Assembly (NCBI GenBank): GCA_017511375.1
Contig: JAFWKJ010000011.1
Coordinates: 4,023-68,022 of the forward strand
DNA: 64,000 nt
Direction of reading: 5' to 3'
Source: Bacilli bacterium
GTDB lineage: Bacteria; Bacillota_I; Bacilli_A; RF39; UBA660
Numbering within the stretch: position 1 is the first letter of the stretch; every line of letters starts with the position of its first letter. Both the position numbers and the translations under genes were made by a program. Positions 16,683 to 25,523 of the stretch are shown here, one piece after another. The notes beneath the pieces were generated by a model, which searched no databases, was not told the DNA's origin, and was given only the letters and a program-made list of their open reading frames with translations.

Positions 16683-18845
16683 TTATTTCTTTTTAAAACG
16701 CTGTGCATTAGATTGAGCACTTTGTCCTCTGAATCCTTGTCTTTCATCATTAATAGCAGAACGTCTCTGATTAATCTCTTGAACTTGTTGAGCAATTTGA
16801 GCATTAACGCTATCAATAGTTCTTCCCTCTGCTCCAGTATTAATCTTAAGATTCTTGAAATCCGTTTCAATAGTATGACCAGATTCTCGTTCATAAGCAG
16901 CTCCTTCACCCTGTATAACAGCATTGTCTATTGTTCCAGCAAGAGCTTGCTCATAGTAATTATTCCGGTTTGCTTTCCTAATTTCATTATCATAAACATC
17001 CATTTCTGAAACTCTAATTCTTTGACCACCATATTCAAACCATTGACCATCAGCTGATACACCAACACCACGTGTTTTTGCAGCTTCAACAGCAGAATGA
17101 AATCGATAATAATTTGCATCTGTAATTGATCCATAACTACCTCTTGTATCAAGACTATCATCAGCTTTAGAGTTAACCTCTTGTATCATAGCTTGTCTAT
17201 GAGCATTAGCATCTTTTCTACGTTTCATCTCATCCTGTTGTGGTTTTAATGCAAGTTCTCGATCTTTAAGTCTTTGTTCTTCTGCTTTCCAACCAGCTTC
17301 CATTCTGTCATATGCCGATTCACCAGATACCAATTGTCCTATATCCGATCCAACTGCACCAAAGAAAGTACCTCCACTACGACCAGCACTAAGAGCAGCA
17401 GTATTTCTTTTTGCCATGGCATCCAGTGCAGCACGCCCAGCATGATCTTTTGCTTTCATCGCCGCACTTACTCCCGTAGCACCTCCAGCTACTCCTCCAG
17501 CAATTCCTGACAAAAGATGTTTTCCCCTATTTAAAATACTGTCAGGATTGTAATTTGGATCAGCATTTGCTCGTTCTCTATCCGCTAAACGGCTAGCTCT
17601 TGCACTGGCAATTCCAGAACCAATTGCTCCGGGAACAGCAGCCGCAGCTCCCACAACAGCTCCAATCTCACCAAATCCACCGAATAGTTTACCTCCGGCA
17701 TCTCCTTTTAGACCCAATACTTCTTTAATGAACTTAGGGGCTTGTTTCGCAAAGATGAACAAACCAATCCAAATAAGGATAAAGGATAGAACTCCAATAA
17801 CACCACTACCATGATTCATAACAACACCATGTGCAATCATGTCTTGAATTAAATAAATAACAAAGTAAACAACCGCTAAACGAATAAACAAATCTAAATA
17901 CGTTGTTGTCAAAGCTTTTGTCCAAGCTTTAAAGGCTTCATCTCCCTTACCACTAGGATTCATATAAGAAATAAGTGGTATAGGGGCAATTAAACGTAAT
18001 ACAGCAAGTTTCACAGCACGAACTGCTACATCTACTGTAAAACTTAACAAGATAAATACAAATATCAAAGCAACAACCGTAGAAACAAATGGCATGTAAT
18101 TAAACATATATCTTTTTTCTCCGTCAGAATCGCAGTCTTCATTAACCAAACTAATAATCTCTCCTGGATCCGCATCGACTTTTGTATATTTTTCCAAAAT
18201 CTTACTAGGAATATCACACATACGATTTTCAGCTAAAGTCGCAGGATCTCCTGTTGTTGTTTTTTTATAATTTTCTTTTAAGTTAATACGATAAAACGCT
18301 TTAAGCACAGTAGAAGTAAATATCTTAGAAGACGTTTCAAGATCATCGTCACTAGAATCTATAAAAGTAGATGACTCGCTAGATGTTCCTAAAACCAAAC
18401 GTCCAATGGTATTATTTGATAACAACCTATATTGTAAAGAATATAAAGTACCAAACAACAAACCATTGTTATTTAATTGAATTTCATATTCATTTCTAGG
18501 ATTTCCAACATTAACAGGCATTAAAGCCGTAATTAAAAGCAAAGATATGACGACTCTTCGCAATAAAGAGCCTGCACCTTTTTCTTTTGTAAAATTATCT
18601 GGTTCAACGATTCCACGCAGAATAGTCATAGCTAATTGAAACATCATAAAAACTCCAAGGATCACTTGGACTCTTCCATAAAATTTCATAATCGTATCAT
18701 TACTAAATAAATCTGCAGAAGCAACATTGAAGAACAGTTGATATACAATTCCTAGTAACCAATAGGCTGGTCTATCTAAAAATGCAAAAACAGATCTTAT
18801 AATGTCATTAGATACTTTGGCTTTTTCTGTGTAGGAATCACCCAC
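16683..18845 (-). CDS. VirB6/TrbL-like polytopic channel protein with a Gly/Ala-rich and coiled C-terminal extension
   Basis: 720 aa with a GTG start and an AAAGGGGTGA RBS. Multiple TM segments in the first 400 aa or so, then GGKLFGGFGEIGAVVGAAAAVPGAIGSGIA and a long charged region. Position and size match ConG/TcpH-type proteins. Confidence 0.65.
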   Translation of the reverse strand: MGDSYTEKAKVSNDIIRSVFAFLDRPAYWLLGIVYQLFFNVASADLFSNDTIMKFYGRVQVILGVFMMFQLAMTILRGIVEPDNFTKEKGAGSLLRRVVISLLLITALMPVNVGNPRNEYEIQLNNNGLLFGTLYSLQYRLLSNNTIGRLVLGTSSESSTFIDSSDDDLETSSKIFTSTVLKAFYRINLKENYKKTTTGDPATLAENRMCDIPSKILEKYTKVDADPGEIISLVNEDCDSDGEKRYMFNYMPFVSTVVALIFVFILLSFTVDVAVRAVKLAVLRLIAPIPLISYMNPSGKGDEAFKAWTKALTTTYLDLFIRLAVVYFVIYLIQDMIAHGVVMNHGSGVIGVLSFILIWIGLFIFAKQAPKFIKEVLGLKGDAGGKLFGGFGEIGAVVGAAAAVPGAIGSGIASARASRLADRERANADPNYNPDSILNRGKHLLSGIAGGVAGGATGVSAAMKAKDHAGRAALDAMAKRNTAALSAGRSGGTFFGAVGSDIGQLVSGESAYDRMEAGWKAEEQRLKDRELALKPQQDEMKRRKDANAHRQAMIQEVNSKADDSLDTRGSYGSITDANYYRFHSAVEAAKTRGVGVSADGQWFEYGGQRIRVSEMDVYDNEIRKANRNNYYEQALAGTIDNAVIQGEGAAYERESGHTIETDFKNLKINTGAEGRTIDSVNAQIAQQVQEINQRRSAINDERQGFRGQSAQSNAQRFKKK

Positions 18846-18859
18846 TCAAATCACCCCTT

Positions 18860-19315
18860 TTATTGACCAATACCGCAGGTAGATTCAGATGTTAATCCAA
18901 ATATGTCAAGCATTGCATTTGTAATAGTTGGAACAAAGAATAATAAAGCAGCAAGGATTAATCTTATTAATAATTTCTTAACAGCTTTCGCCATCGCCTC
19001 ATCATCACTTTTCGCAATAACTTTAAGAAAATCCAAACTACTTAAAACTACAACTAACACGATTCCAGCGATTGTAACATAAGTTAAAATCTTATCTAGC
19101 AACCAAGCAACTGAAGTTTCTACATTCGGATCTCCCAACATAGAATCATTTCCTGTACAGTCTTGTGGTTGATTATATTGATCAACCAAAGGATATGCTT
19201 GATAATCCTCTGCTATCATTATAGAATCAGAAACAGTTAATGCTTTAGCATGAACTGGATAGAACATAAACAATGATAAAAATGTAAATATAACAACAAA
19301 AAATACACTTCTCAT
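18860..19315 (-). CDS. VirB2/TrbC-like pilin-type membrane protein, paralog 2 (with signal peptide)
   Basis: Signal peptide ending VHA/KA. Hydrophobic helix, charged loop AKSDDEAMAKAVKKLLIR, then a second helix LILAALLFFVPTITNAML. Same layout as the 19401-19730 product. Confidence 0.5.
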   Translation of the reverse strand: MRSVFFVVIFTFLSLFMFYPVHAKALTVSDSIMIAEDYQAYPLVDQYNQPQDCTGNDSMLGDPNVETSVAWLLDKILTYVTIAGIVLVVVLSSLDFLKVIAKSDDEAMAKAVKKLLIRLILAALLFFVPTITNAMLDIFGLTSESTCGIGQ

Positions 19316-19362
19316 ATGTAAATCACTCCGTATACATTATATCATATTAAGTATATCAAATG

Positions 19363-19391
19363 AAAAAAAAAATAGCAATTAAATTGCCATT
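19363..19391 (-). terminator. Internal terminator/attenuator-like hairpin between the two VirB2-like genes
   Basis: On the minus strand, AATGGCAAT-TTA-ATTGCTATT (9 bp including one G-U pair) is followed by T10. Confidence 0.45.
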
Positions 19392-19400
19392 CTTTTCTAA

Positions 19401-19730
19401 TTATTTTCCAGCTGCTACCCAGCAGTTTTTCCAGCTATCAGTATTTGCATCTACTTGTCCTTGAGAAACAATATTCATTAATACAGTTACAAAAGTTACA
19501 ACAAAGAAAACAAGCGCAGCATAAACGAATCTTTTAATTAATCGACTTTGTGCAGCTTTAACTTCTTTTTCATCGCTAGAAATAACAGCTTTTCCCAAAT
19601 CAATTGTACCTAGTAAAATTAAGATAATTGGAATACCCATTTGAAAAATTGGGAAAACACCTTTTCTTATAACTCTAACAAGAGGTAATAAACCTCCACA
19701 TACATCACCGATTTGAAATAGATCTACCAT
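19401..19730 (-). CDS. VirB2/TrbC-like pilin-type membrane protein, paralog 1
   Basis: Start moved to the ATG at 19730, which has an AAGGAG RBS 8 nt upstream. Two hydrophobic helices separated by GKAVISSDEKEVKAAQSRLIKR. The end is FVYAALVFFVVTFVTVLMNIV. Confidence 0.5.
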   Translation of the reverse strand: MVDLFQIGDVCGGLLPLVRVIRKGVFPIFQMGIPIILILLGTIDLGKAVISSDEKEVKAAQSRLIKRFVYAALVFFVVTFVTVLMNIVSQGQVDANTDSWKNCWVAAGK

Positions 19731-19785
19731 TGCAACCACTCCTTCTTAACCAATTATAATATTTTTAACGACAGTTTGTCAATTA

Positions 19786-20838
19786 TTAACGTCTAAATAA
19801 ACCAAAAATTTTACTTGATTTAGAAACACTTGTTTGATTAGATTGATCAATCAATCCTAACCGAGAAAGAAAATCAGAAATAATAGAATTTCGTTTTCTC
19901 TCATCTAATGGCGGAATGTTATAGAAAATTTCAACACCCGCTTCATTTTCAAAATCATATACATCATTTGCTTGCAAAATACTTTGGTTCAATACAACCT
20001 TTTTATCCACCAAACTACTAAAAATAGATTGATTCTTCTGAACTAATCGATTTAATTTAAGCGTTGTAGGTTCTACTAAATAGATAATTTCATTACAAAC
20101 AGCTGCTTCTTTATAATCATTTAAATCTAATAAAATAACTTTCATATTAGAATAATGATTTAAAGTTTGCTGTAAAGCACTTTGTCTAATAGAAATCATT
20201 CTATCATGATAAAAGAAATTAAAATCTATTTTATTGATTTCAATTGCTATTACATTTTCAGAACCATATACTTGAATCAATTCTTTCAACATCATATAAA
20301 TCAAAGTAGTTGCTCCTGCAGAAGCAGTAATATTATGAACTCCAATAATAATAGGTTTTTGCCCTTCATTATGAGTCATAGAACCACCTGCCTGATTACT
20401 TGAAAAAGTTGCATTTGCTGCAACTTGAGCAACAGGTGGATTCGTATTTTGCATCGTAGCCATATGAACAATCTTTTCAACATCCTGATAGTTATTTGGA
20501 TGCTTAATTAGATAAGAAACGCCCTTGACATTTGTCGTAAAATTATAAATCCCAAAAGATATAATTTGTTGTAAAAAGCCAGGGGTACACAATACCGTTC
20601 CTTCAGGCAACAAAAAAATGATTCTATCCGGATCTAGTCCTTTTACTAATCTTCCAAAGACATTATAATCGTTATGGTTTTTTAACGCTGTTGCATCAAT
20701 GATTAAATGATTATAGTAAAAGTTTTGAAACATTCCTATAATCTCATTAGCATCATATTCTCCTCTAACGAATTTTATAACATCTGTATCAAGATTTTCT
20801 AATTGTTCTTGAAAAAGATTAGCAATAACAACATCCAT
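19786..20838 (-). CDS. TadZ/CpaE-like protein: receiver-like N-terminal domain plus a ParA/MinD-fold domain with a degenerate P-loop
   Basis: The C-terminal half shows ParA-like spacing (IIIGVHNITASAGATTLIYMMLKEL ... VILLDLN ... IIYLVEPT), but the KGGxGKT lysines are missing. It sits next to the tad-like genes. Confidence 0.5.
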   Translation of the reverse strand: MDVVIANLFQEQLENLDTDVIKFVRGEYDANEIIGMFQNFYYNHLIIDATALKNHNDYNVFGRLVKGLDPDRIIFLLPEGTVLCTPGFLQQIISFGIYNFTTNVKGVSYLIKHPNNYQDVEKIVHMATMQNTNPPVAQVAANATFSSNQAGGSMTHNEGQKPIIIGVHNITASAGATTLIYMMLKELIQVYGSENVIAIEINKIDFNFFYHDRMISIRQSALQQTLNHYSNMKVILLDLNDYKEAAVCNEIIYLVEPTTLKLNRLVQKNQSIFSSLVDKKVVLNQSILQANDVYDFENEAGVEIFYNIPPLDERKRNSIISDFLSRLGLIDQSNQTSVSKSSKIFGLFRR

Positions 20839-20877
20839 CAACAATCATCTTCCCTTTAATACATTCTTTTTTATTTT

Positions 20878-21381
20878 TTAATTATTTTTATATTTTTTAT
20901 CATGGAAATCCTTTGTATCTCCAGATACATAATTAAACTGCATCATATTTTCAATAATAGGCACACGAATATTAATAATCGTAGCAACACGATAATAAAA
21001 ACCATATTGATGATTATTATCGTCTACAATTTCCCCTGATCCTGATTCTGTTTTACGAACCTTTACTTTATATAAGCAAAAACCCGGATCAGAAAAATAC
21101 TGAGTATCCATTACATTTATATTAGGCTTATATTTATTATTATCACAAAAGTTTGTAGTACTAGGACGATAACTAATTTTATCAGCATATGTTTTTATTT
21201 CTCCCATACAACCATTTGTATTTGTACAATCTCCATCGTACTTTTCAATCGTAGCAACAATCTTATTTTTCATTCGAAATGCCTTTGTATAATTGACATT
21301 GTAAGCCATATAGGCTGAAACAAGAGCAATAAAAACAACAATTATTGCAATAATAACTGTACTACCTAATCCTTCATTCAT
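20878..21381 (-). CDS. Minor-pilin-like (TadE/TadF-like) protein, paralog B
   Basis: N-terminal hydrophobic segment, then Y.KAF.MKN.I.ATIE.Y.G, which is shared with 21414-21848. Confidence 0.4.
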   Translation of the reverse strand: MNEGLGSTVIIAIIVVFIALVSAYMAYNVNYTKAFRMKNKIVATIEKYDGDCTNTNGCMGEIKTYADKISYRPSTTNFCDNNKYKPNINVMDTQYFSDPGFCLYKVKVRKTESGSGEIVDDNNHQYGFYYRVATIINIRVPIIENMMQFNYVSGDTKDFHDKKYKNN

Positions 21382-21413
21382 ATTCGCACACCACCATCAA
21401 AATTTTTTTCTGT

Positions 21414-21848
21414 TTATCGAAGAACAATCTCTTTCGTATCACCAGACACCTCAAGAACTGAGAAACCTACAATATTTTTAATAAGAGGAAGACCAATATC
21501 AACTTGAACAACCACAGTATAATACCTCGATTTCATCTGTGGATTGGTATCTGGAATATTTCTAGTAACCGAAGAGTAGCAATAAAACCCATCTGGGGAA
21601 ACAGAAAAATCACTAGGACAACTTTTACTTATCTTATTGTATCCTAATGACTTTGCTTCATTTTTTATTTTTGCTTGACATCCAGAATGTCCAAGATTTC
21701 CTTCATATTCTTCAATTGTAGCAATAATTGCATTTTTCATTTTAAAAGCTTTGGCATACGAAAAAGTAAATCCTAACAATCCAATCGCAATTACCAAAAA
21801 AATTGCAAGAAAAACAAAATTGAAAATTCCTCCAAACGCCTCTTTCAT
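21414..21848 (-). CDS. Minor-pilin-like (TadE/TadF-like) protein, paralog A
   Basis: MKEAFGGIFNFVFLAIFLVIAIGLLGF, then YAKAFKMKNAIIATIEEYEG. Lies 17 nt downstream of the Flp-like gene. Confidence 0.4.
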   Translation of the reverse strand: MKEAFGGIFNFVFLAIFLVIAIGLLGFTFSYAKAFKMKNAIIATIEEYEGNLGHSGCQAKIKNEAKSLGYNKISKSCPSDFSVSPDGFYCYSSVTRNIPDTNPQMKSRYYTVVVQVDIGLPLIKNIVGFSVLEVSGDTKEIVLR

Positions 21849-21865
21849 ATCCTAAACCTCTTTTG

Positions 21866-22015
21866 TTAGTTTCCTTTATAAGTATTGATATTAGACCATT
21901 GATTGTTGATGGTCGTTTGAATTTGAGGCCACATTAACCAGAAAAATGCAATAACAGCAGCAATAGCTAATAAAGTAATAACCGTTAAGTTTAATTCACC
22001 TGTAGCAGCTTTCAT
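21866..22015 (-). CDS. Flp-like short pilin (49 aa), not in the supplied ORF track
   Basis: My translation is MKAATGELNLTVITLLAIAAVIAFFWLMWPQIQTTINNQWSNINTYKGN. AGGTGA RBS 7-8 nt upstream. It has a short leader ending in G, a hydrophobic helix and a short polar tail. It sits between the TadC-like and minor-pilin-like genes. Confidence 0.55.
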   Translation of the reverse strand: MKAATGELNLTVITLLAIAAVIAFFWLMWPQIQTTINNQWSNINTYKGN

Positions 22016-22047
22016 CTATCTAATCACCTATCCTTCCATATATTAAA

Positions 22048-22076
22048 ATTATAACAAATATATATTTCTAAATCAA
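22048..22076 (-). promoter_or_regulatory. Sigma-A-type promoter with an extended -10 element, upstream of the Flp-like pilin gene
   Basis: On the minus strand: TTGATT, a 17-nt spacer ending in TGT, then TATAAT (TGnTATAAT). This lies about 33 nt upstream of the ATG at 22015. Confidence 0.5.
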
Positions 22077-22098
22077 TATGTAAAACTCTAATTTACAT

Positions 22099-22902
22099 TT
22101 AGAAAACCATCATCATAGAAATCAAAATTACAAGCATTACGCCAATACCTGTACAAGTCAACATGACCATGGTTTGACTTTCCATATGATCTAAACGCTC
22201 TTTGTATTTTGTCTCACGAGCTTTAGCTTGAAGAGATGAAACTGTCTTTGAAAACATCATCAATCTCTCCTGTTTTCTTTCTTGAGAACCGATTCCTAAA
22301 CGATATAAAAGTCTCATCATTCTCATAGAATCCCTAACTGGATAATTATTAGCAAATTCCATATAAGGATCTACAGAGGCATCCCCTGAGTTGATACGAT
22401 CAATCATTCTACGAAGACCAGGTTTAAATATTTCTGGTGCATCACCTATAGACTTACCAATCGCAACAGGAACTGTATAGTGTTGAATCAAAATTTCTAA
22501 ACTCTTTAAATAGTATGGCAACATAACATCTATTTCTTGTAAATGTTGTTTATAATAACTTCTTAGTTGCCAATATGGTAATTTAAATATACCAAAAGCA
22601 ACAACACCAGCAACTACTAAGTTCAAAAAGAATTGAGCATTAATAATTTCTACAGAATTATTTCTAGAGATAGATAGAACAAGAACAAATAAGAATCCTA
22701 CAAAAGCCATAGTAATTCTTTTGGAATATAATTGATCTACATCTACATCTTCCCCATATCTTGCATAAACCAAGAATTGATAATCATCTTCTTTTAAAGA
22801 CTCTAAATATTTTTGGTTATCAGCAAAGAATTTGTCCTTATCAATTGTATTGTTATAAATAAGGACATACATAATAATAGCACCTACAATTAATATCTCC
22901 AT
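22099..22902 (-). CDS. tadC: TadC-like (GspF/T2SSF-domain) pilus platform protein
   Basis: 267 aa. TM segments flank a cytoplasmic helical domain (LPYYLKSLEILIQHYTVPVAIGKSIGDAPEIFKPGLRRMIDRINSG). It overlaps the TadB-like stop by 1 nt. Confidence 0.6.
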   Translation of the reverse strand: MEILIVGAIIMYVLIYNNTIDKDKFFADNQKYLESLKEDDYQFLVYARYGEDVDVDQLYSKRITMAFVGFLFVLVLSISRNNSVEIINAQFFLNLVVAGVVAFGIFKLPYWQLRSYYKQHLQEIDVMLPYYLKSLEILIQHYTVPVAIGKSIGDAPEIFKPGLRRMIDRINSGDASVDPYMEFANNYPVRDSMRMMRLLYRLGIGSQERKQERLMMFSKTVSSLQAKARETKYKERLDHMESQTMVMLTCTGIGVMLVILISMMMVF

Positions 22903-23804
22903 TATTCAGCACCTACATTCTCATAATAATATTTTTCACCTTTAATTAGGAAAAATGTATTAACAATTAAAACACCATGCATTAAAAATTGAACATACCA
23001 TCTATCCAATAATTCCAAATAGGTATCTCTACCTAACAAATATTGAACCAGCATGACTAATAAATAAAGCATAATACCAAATTGAACAAAAGATTTATGG
23101 AAAGATGCTCTCTCCACCCTATCACGATATACACTTTCTACAAGCATATCGATATCTAATTGCATATTCTCTAAAGAATCTGCTGAGTTTTGAGCACCCT
23201 CTTTTGTAATTTGTAGGAACAATTGATGCATGTTTTTAACAATATAGTAAGGATATAACTTACTCATATAATCTAACGCTTCATCAATGGTACCATTATC
23301 ATAACTCATATTAATCATCTGTCTTACATCTGCTAAAACAGGGTCTTCTAATACTCCTGAATTGGCAACACCCTCTAACGCTTTTACAAACGATTGGGTT
23401 GTACCAAATTCCATAATCGTATTAGATGTATATACCTGTATCTGCTCAAATATAAATTCAGAATATACTTTTTTACATCTTAAAAAAGCAATATAAGGAA
23501 CAAAAGAAACAGCTACACCAGCATATATAATACTTATAATTAAGTTATAAAAGTATAAATAAGAAACAGCTCCCGCAAATCCAGCAAATAAGACTACTTG
23601 AAATGTATATTGTTTTACTGTATATTCCTGTCCTAATTGTTTTGTTTTTTCATGAACAACACGAAAGGAATAAGGAGCAAATTTTTCATACATTCCTTGT
23701 ACCTGGCCAGCAACATATTTTCCAACATTTTCACCTTTATAATTACGATACAAGTAGATTCCAACAACAAAACCTATAATGATAAAAAGTTCTTCAAAAT
23801 ACAT
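22902..23804 (-). CDS. tadB: TadB-like (GspF/T2SSF-domain) pilus platform protein
   Basis: 300 aa with TM-helical domain-TM topology. Lies directly downstream of the TadA-like ATPase. Confidence 0.6.
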   Translation of the reverse strand: MYFEELFIIIGFVVGIYLYRNYKGENVGKYVAGQVQGMYEKFAPYSFRVVHEKTKQLGQEYTVKQYTFQVVLFAGFAGAVSYLYFYNLIISIIYAGVAVSFVPYIAFLRCKKVYSEFIFEQIQVYTSNTIMEFGTTQSFVKALEGVANSGVLEDPVLADVRQMINMSYDNGTIDEALDYMSKLYPYYIVKNMHQLFLQITKEGAQNSADSLENMQLDIDMLVESVYRDRVERASFHKSFVQFGIMLYLLVMLVQYLLGRDTYLELLDRWYVQFLMHGVLIVNTFFLIKGEKYYYENVGAE

Positions 23805-23818
23805 ATATTCACCCCAAT

Positions 23819-25483
23819 CTATCCATCTACATGGGTCATATTAGGAGTTGCAGCATTGGCAGCAACTTGGGTCGCAGCTGCAACTTGAGCAACAGGAGCC
23901 CCTCCACCAGCAACTGGTGGAATAACTGCGGCAGGCTGTGCTACAACAGCTGGTTGTGTTACAGGTGTTCCTGATTGTGCAGCAACTGTTGGCTGTTGAA
24001 CTGGAGCAGCAGGTACTGCTCCCGTTGGTTGCGCAACAGGAATTACTGGCGGAGAAGAAGGGGCAGGTTGTACTGCAACAGGAGCACTGTTAGGAACTGT
24101 AGGAGTTCCCCCTACTTGATTAGCAGCCAAAACCTTAGGATCTGCTGCTGTTAAAGATGGAACATCTTTAGAAACAACAGAAGCATTTAATTGGACATTG
24201 CCAGATTCAGAAATAATTGGTTTAGATTGTTCTTTTCCCAATTCTGCTCCAACAGAAACAGTTTCTTTTTCATCTGGCTTAGCTCCAGGAACGCTTTTAT
24301 TCTCCTCAGAAACACCCACTAATACAGGCCCATTTCCTGTATTATCTTTCGTTTCATTTTTTTCTTTATTTTCTTCTTCAGGGCTGTTATTAAATTCATC
24401 ATCCGTCACTTCCATAAGAGGTAATTCATCAGGAAGATCTTTAATAATATCCCTAACTTGAATATTTTGATTTTCAAGATATTCAATCAAATGAGCAGAC
24501 GGTTTACACATCATCATCTTACCCATTTGTTTTTGATAAATAATTCTTGATTTTGGTTCATTATTATCATCTACATAAAATTCAGCCACTTCATCTAACT
24601 CACGATGGAATTTTCCATACTCTTTACTATAGAAAGCTTTAATATGAACACCCAATTGAATATAACGATAAATGGTCGTTAAGAATTGGTGGACATCCAA
24701 ATCCGTTTCCATTAAGGAATAAAGACGATATGGAATAGCTGATGCCTTATCAGCATGAATAGTTGATAAGATATTATGTCCAGATGATATAGAGTTACGT
24801 ACCGCAGAAACAGCTTCTGCAGAACGAACCTCTGATAGTAGAATCCATTTTGGATTCTGACGCATACAAGTAACTAATACATCTGAATAACTAGCTACAT
24901 TGTTTGTTTTCATAGCCACGATATCTCTTTGTGGATAAATTTTATCCAAGTGTAACTCTAGGGTATCCTCAATCGTAATAATTTTTTCATTTGTAATTGT
25001 ATGACTTGCCAAATATTTAACAAACTCTGTTTTACCAGAACCAGTTTCTCCAGCAACCATAATATTACAATGCCCTTGTACACATTTTATTAAGAAATCA
25101 TGAACAGATTCAGTAAAGTAATCTTCTTTTAATAATTTATCCTTTTCCAAACGAATCTTAGCAGGAGTTTTACGAATAACTAGTGCAATTCCATTTGTTG
25201 CAATCGATTGATGAACGAAGTTCATACGTAACTCTGCAGATTCTGCATCCAAGAAAGGCTTCGCATTATTAAAAGTAGTACCCATAACATTCGAACATTG
25301 AAAGGCCAACTTCTCAACAAATTCAGGAGTGGCACCTTCAATCTCTACTCTCATAGATCCTTGAGTTAACGAACGAATCCATATTTGCCCATTATTATCA
25401 TAGGAAATATCGGTGATATCATCATCGTCCAATAATGCACGAAATGGTCCAAAGTCTAACTTATCAAATATATTTTCGTTCAT
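23819..25483 (-). CDS. tadA: TadA/CpaF-family secretion ATPase with a Pro/Ala/Val/Gln-rich C-terminal tail of about 215 aa
   Basis: Walker A MVAGETGSGKTEFVKYL, Walker B region CMRQNPKWILLSEVRSAEA, His box STIHA. Start set to the ATG at 25483, about 10 nt after an AAGGGA RBS. The tail reads PVAVQPAPSSPPVIPVAQPTGAVPAAPVQQPTVAAQ... Confidence 0.85.
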   Translation of the reverse strand: MNENIFDKLDFGPFRALLDDDDITDISYDNNGQIWIRSLTQGSMRVEIEGATPEFVEKLAFQCSNVMGTTFNNAKPFLDAESAELRMNFVHQSIATNGIALVIRKTPAKIRLEKDKLLKEDYFTESVHDFLIKCVQGHCNIMVAGETGSGKTEFVKYLASHTITNEKIITIEDTLELHLDKIYPQRDIVAMKTNNVASYSDVLVTCMRQNPKWILLSEVRSAEAVSAVRNSISSGHNILSTIHADKASAIPYRLYSLMETDLDVHQFLTTIYRYIQLGVHIKAFYSKEYGKFHRELDEVAEFYVDDNNEPKSRIIYQKQMGKMMMCKPSAHLIEYLENQNIQVRDIIKDLPDELPLMEVTDDEFNNSPEEENKEKNETKDNTGNGPVLVGVSEENKSVPGAKPDEKETVSVGAELGKEQSKPIISESGNVQLNASVVSKDVPSLTAADPKVLAANQVGGTPTVPNSAPVAVQPAPSSPPVIPVAQPTGAVPAAPVQQPTVAAQSGTPVTQPAVVAQPAAVIPPVAGGGAPVAQVAAATQVAANAATPNMTHVDG

Positions 25484-25523
25484 ATAACTCACATCCCTTT
25501 TTTTATTCTTTTAATTCTTTATT

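Noticed and set aside
19336-19344. Extended -10-like TGATATAAT upstream of the second VirB2-like gene
   Set aside because: There is no acceptable -35 box, and the predicted transcription start would fall inside the Shine-Dalgarno sequence of the 19315 gene. I kept it only as a remote possibility.
23819-25483. Whether the secretion ATPase is a VirB11 (T4SS) rather than a TadA/CpaF
   Set aside because: The families are related, and I cannot separate them rigorously by eye. I kept TadA because two GspF-like platform genes, a CpaB-like gene and a short pilin gene flank it directly. An HMM comparison should settle this.
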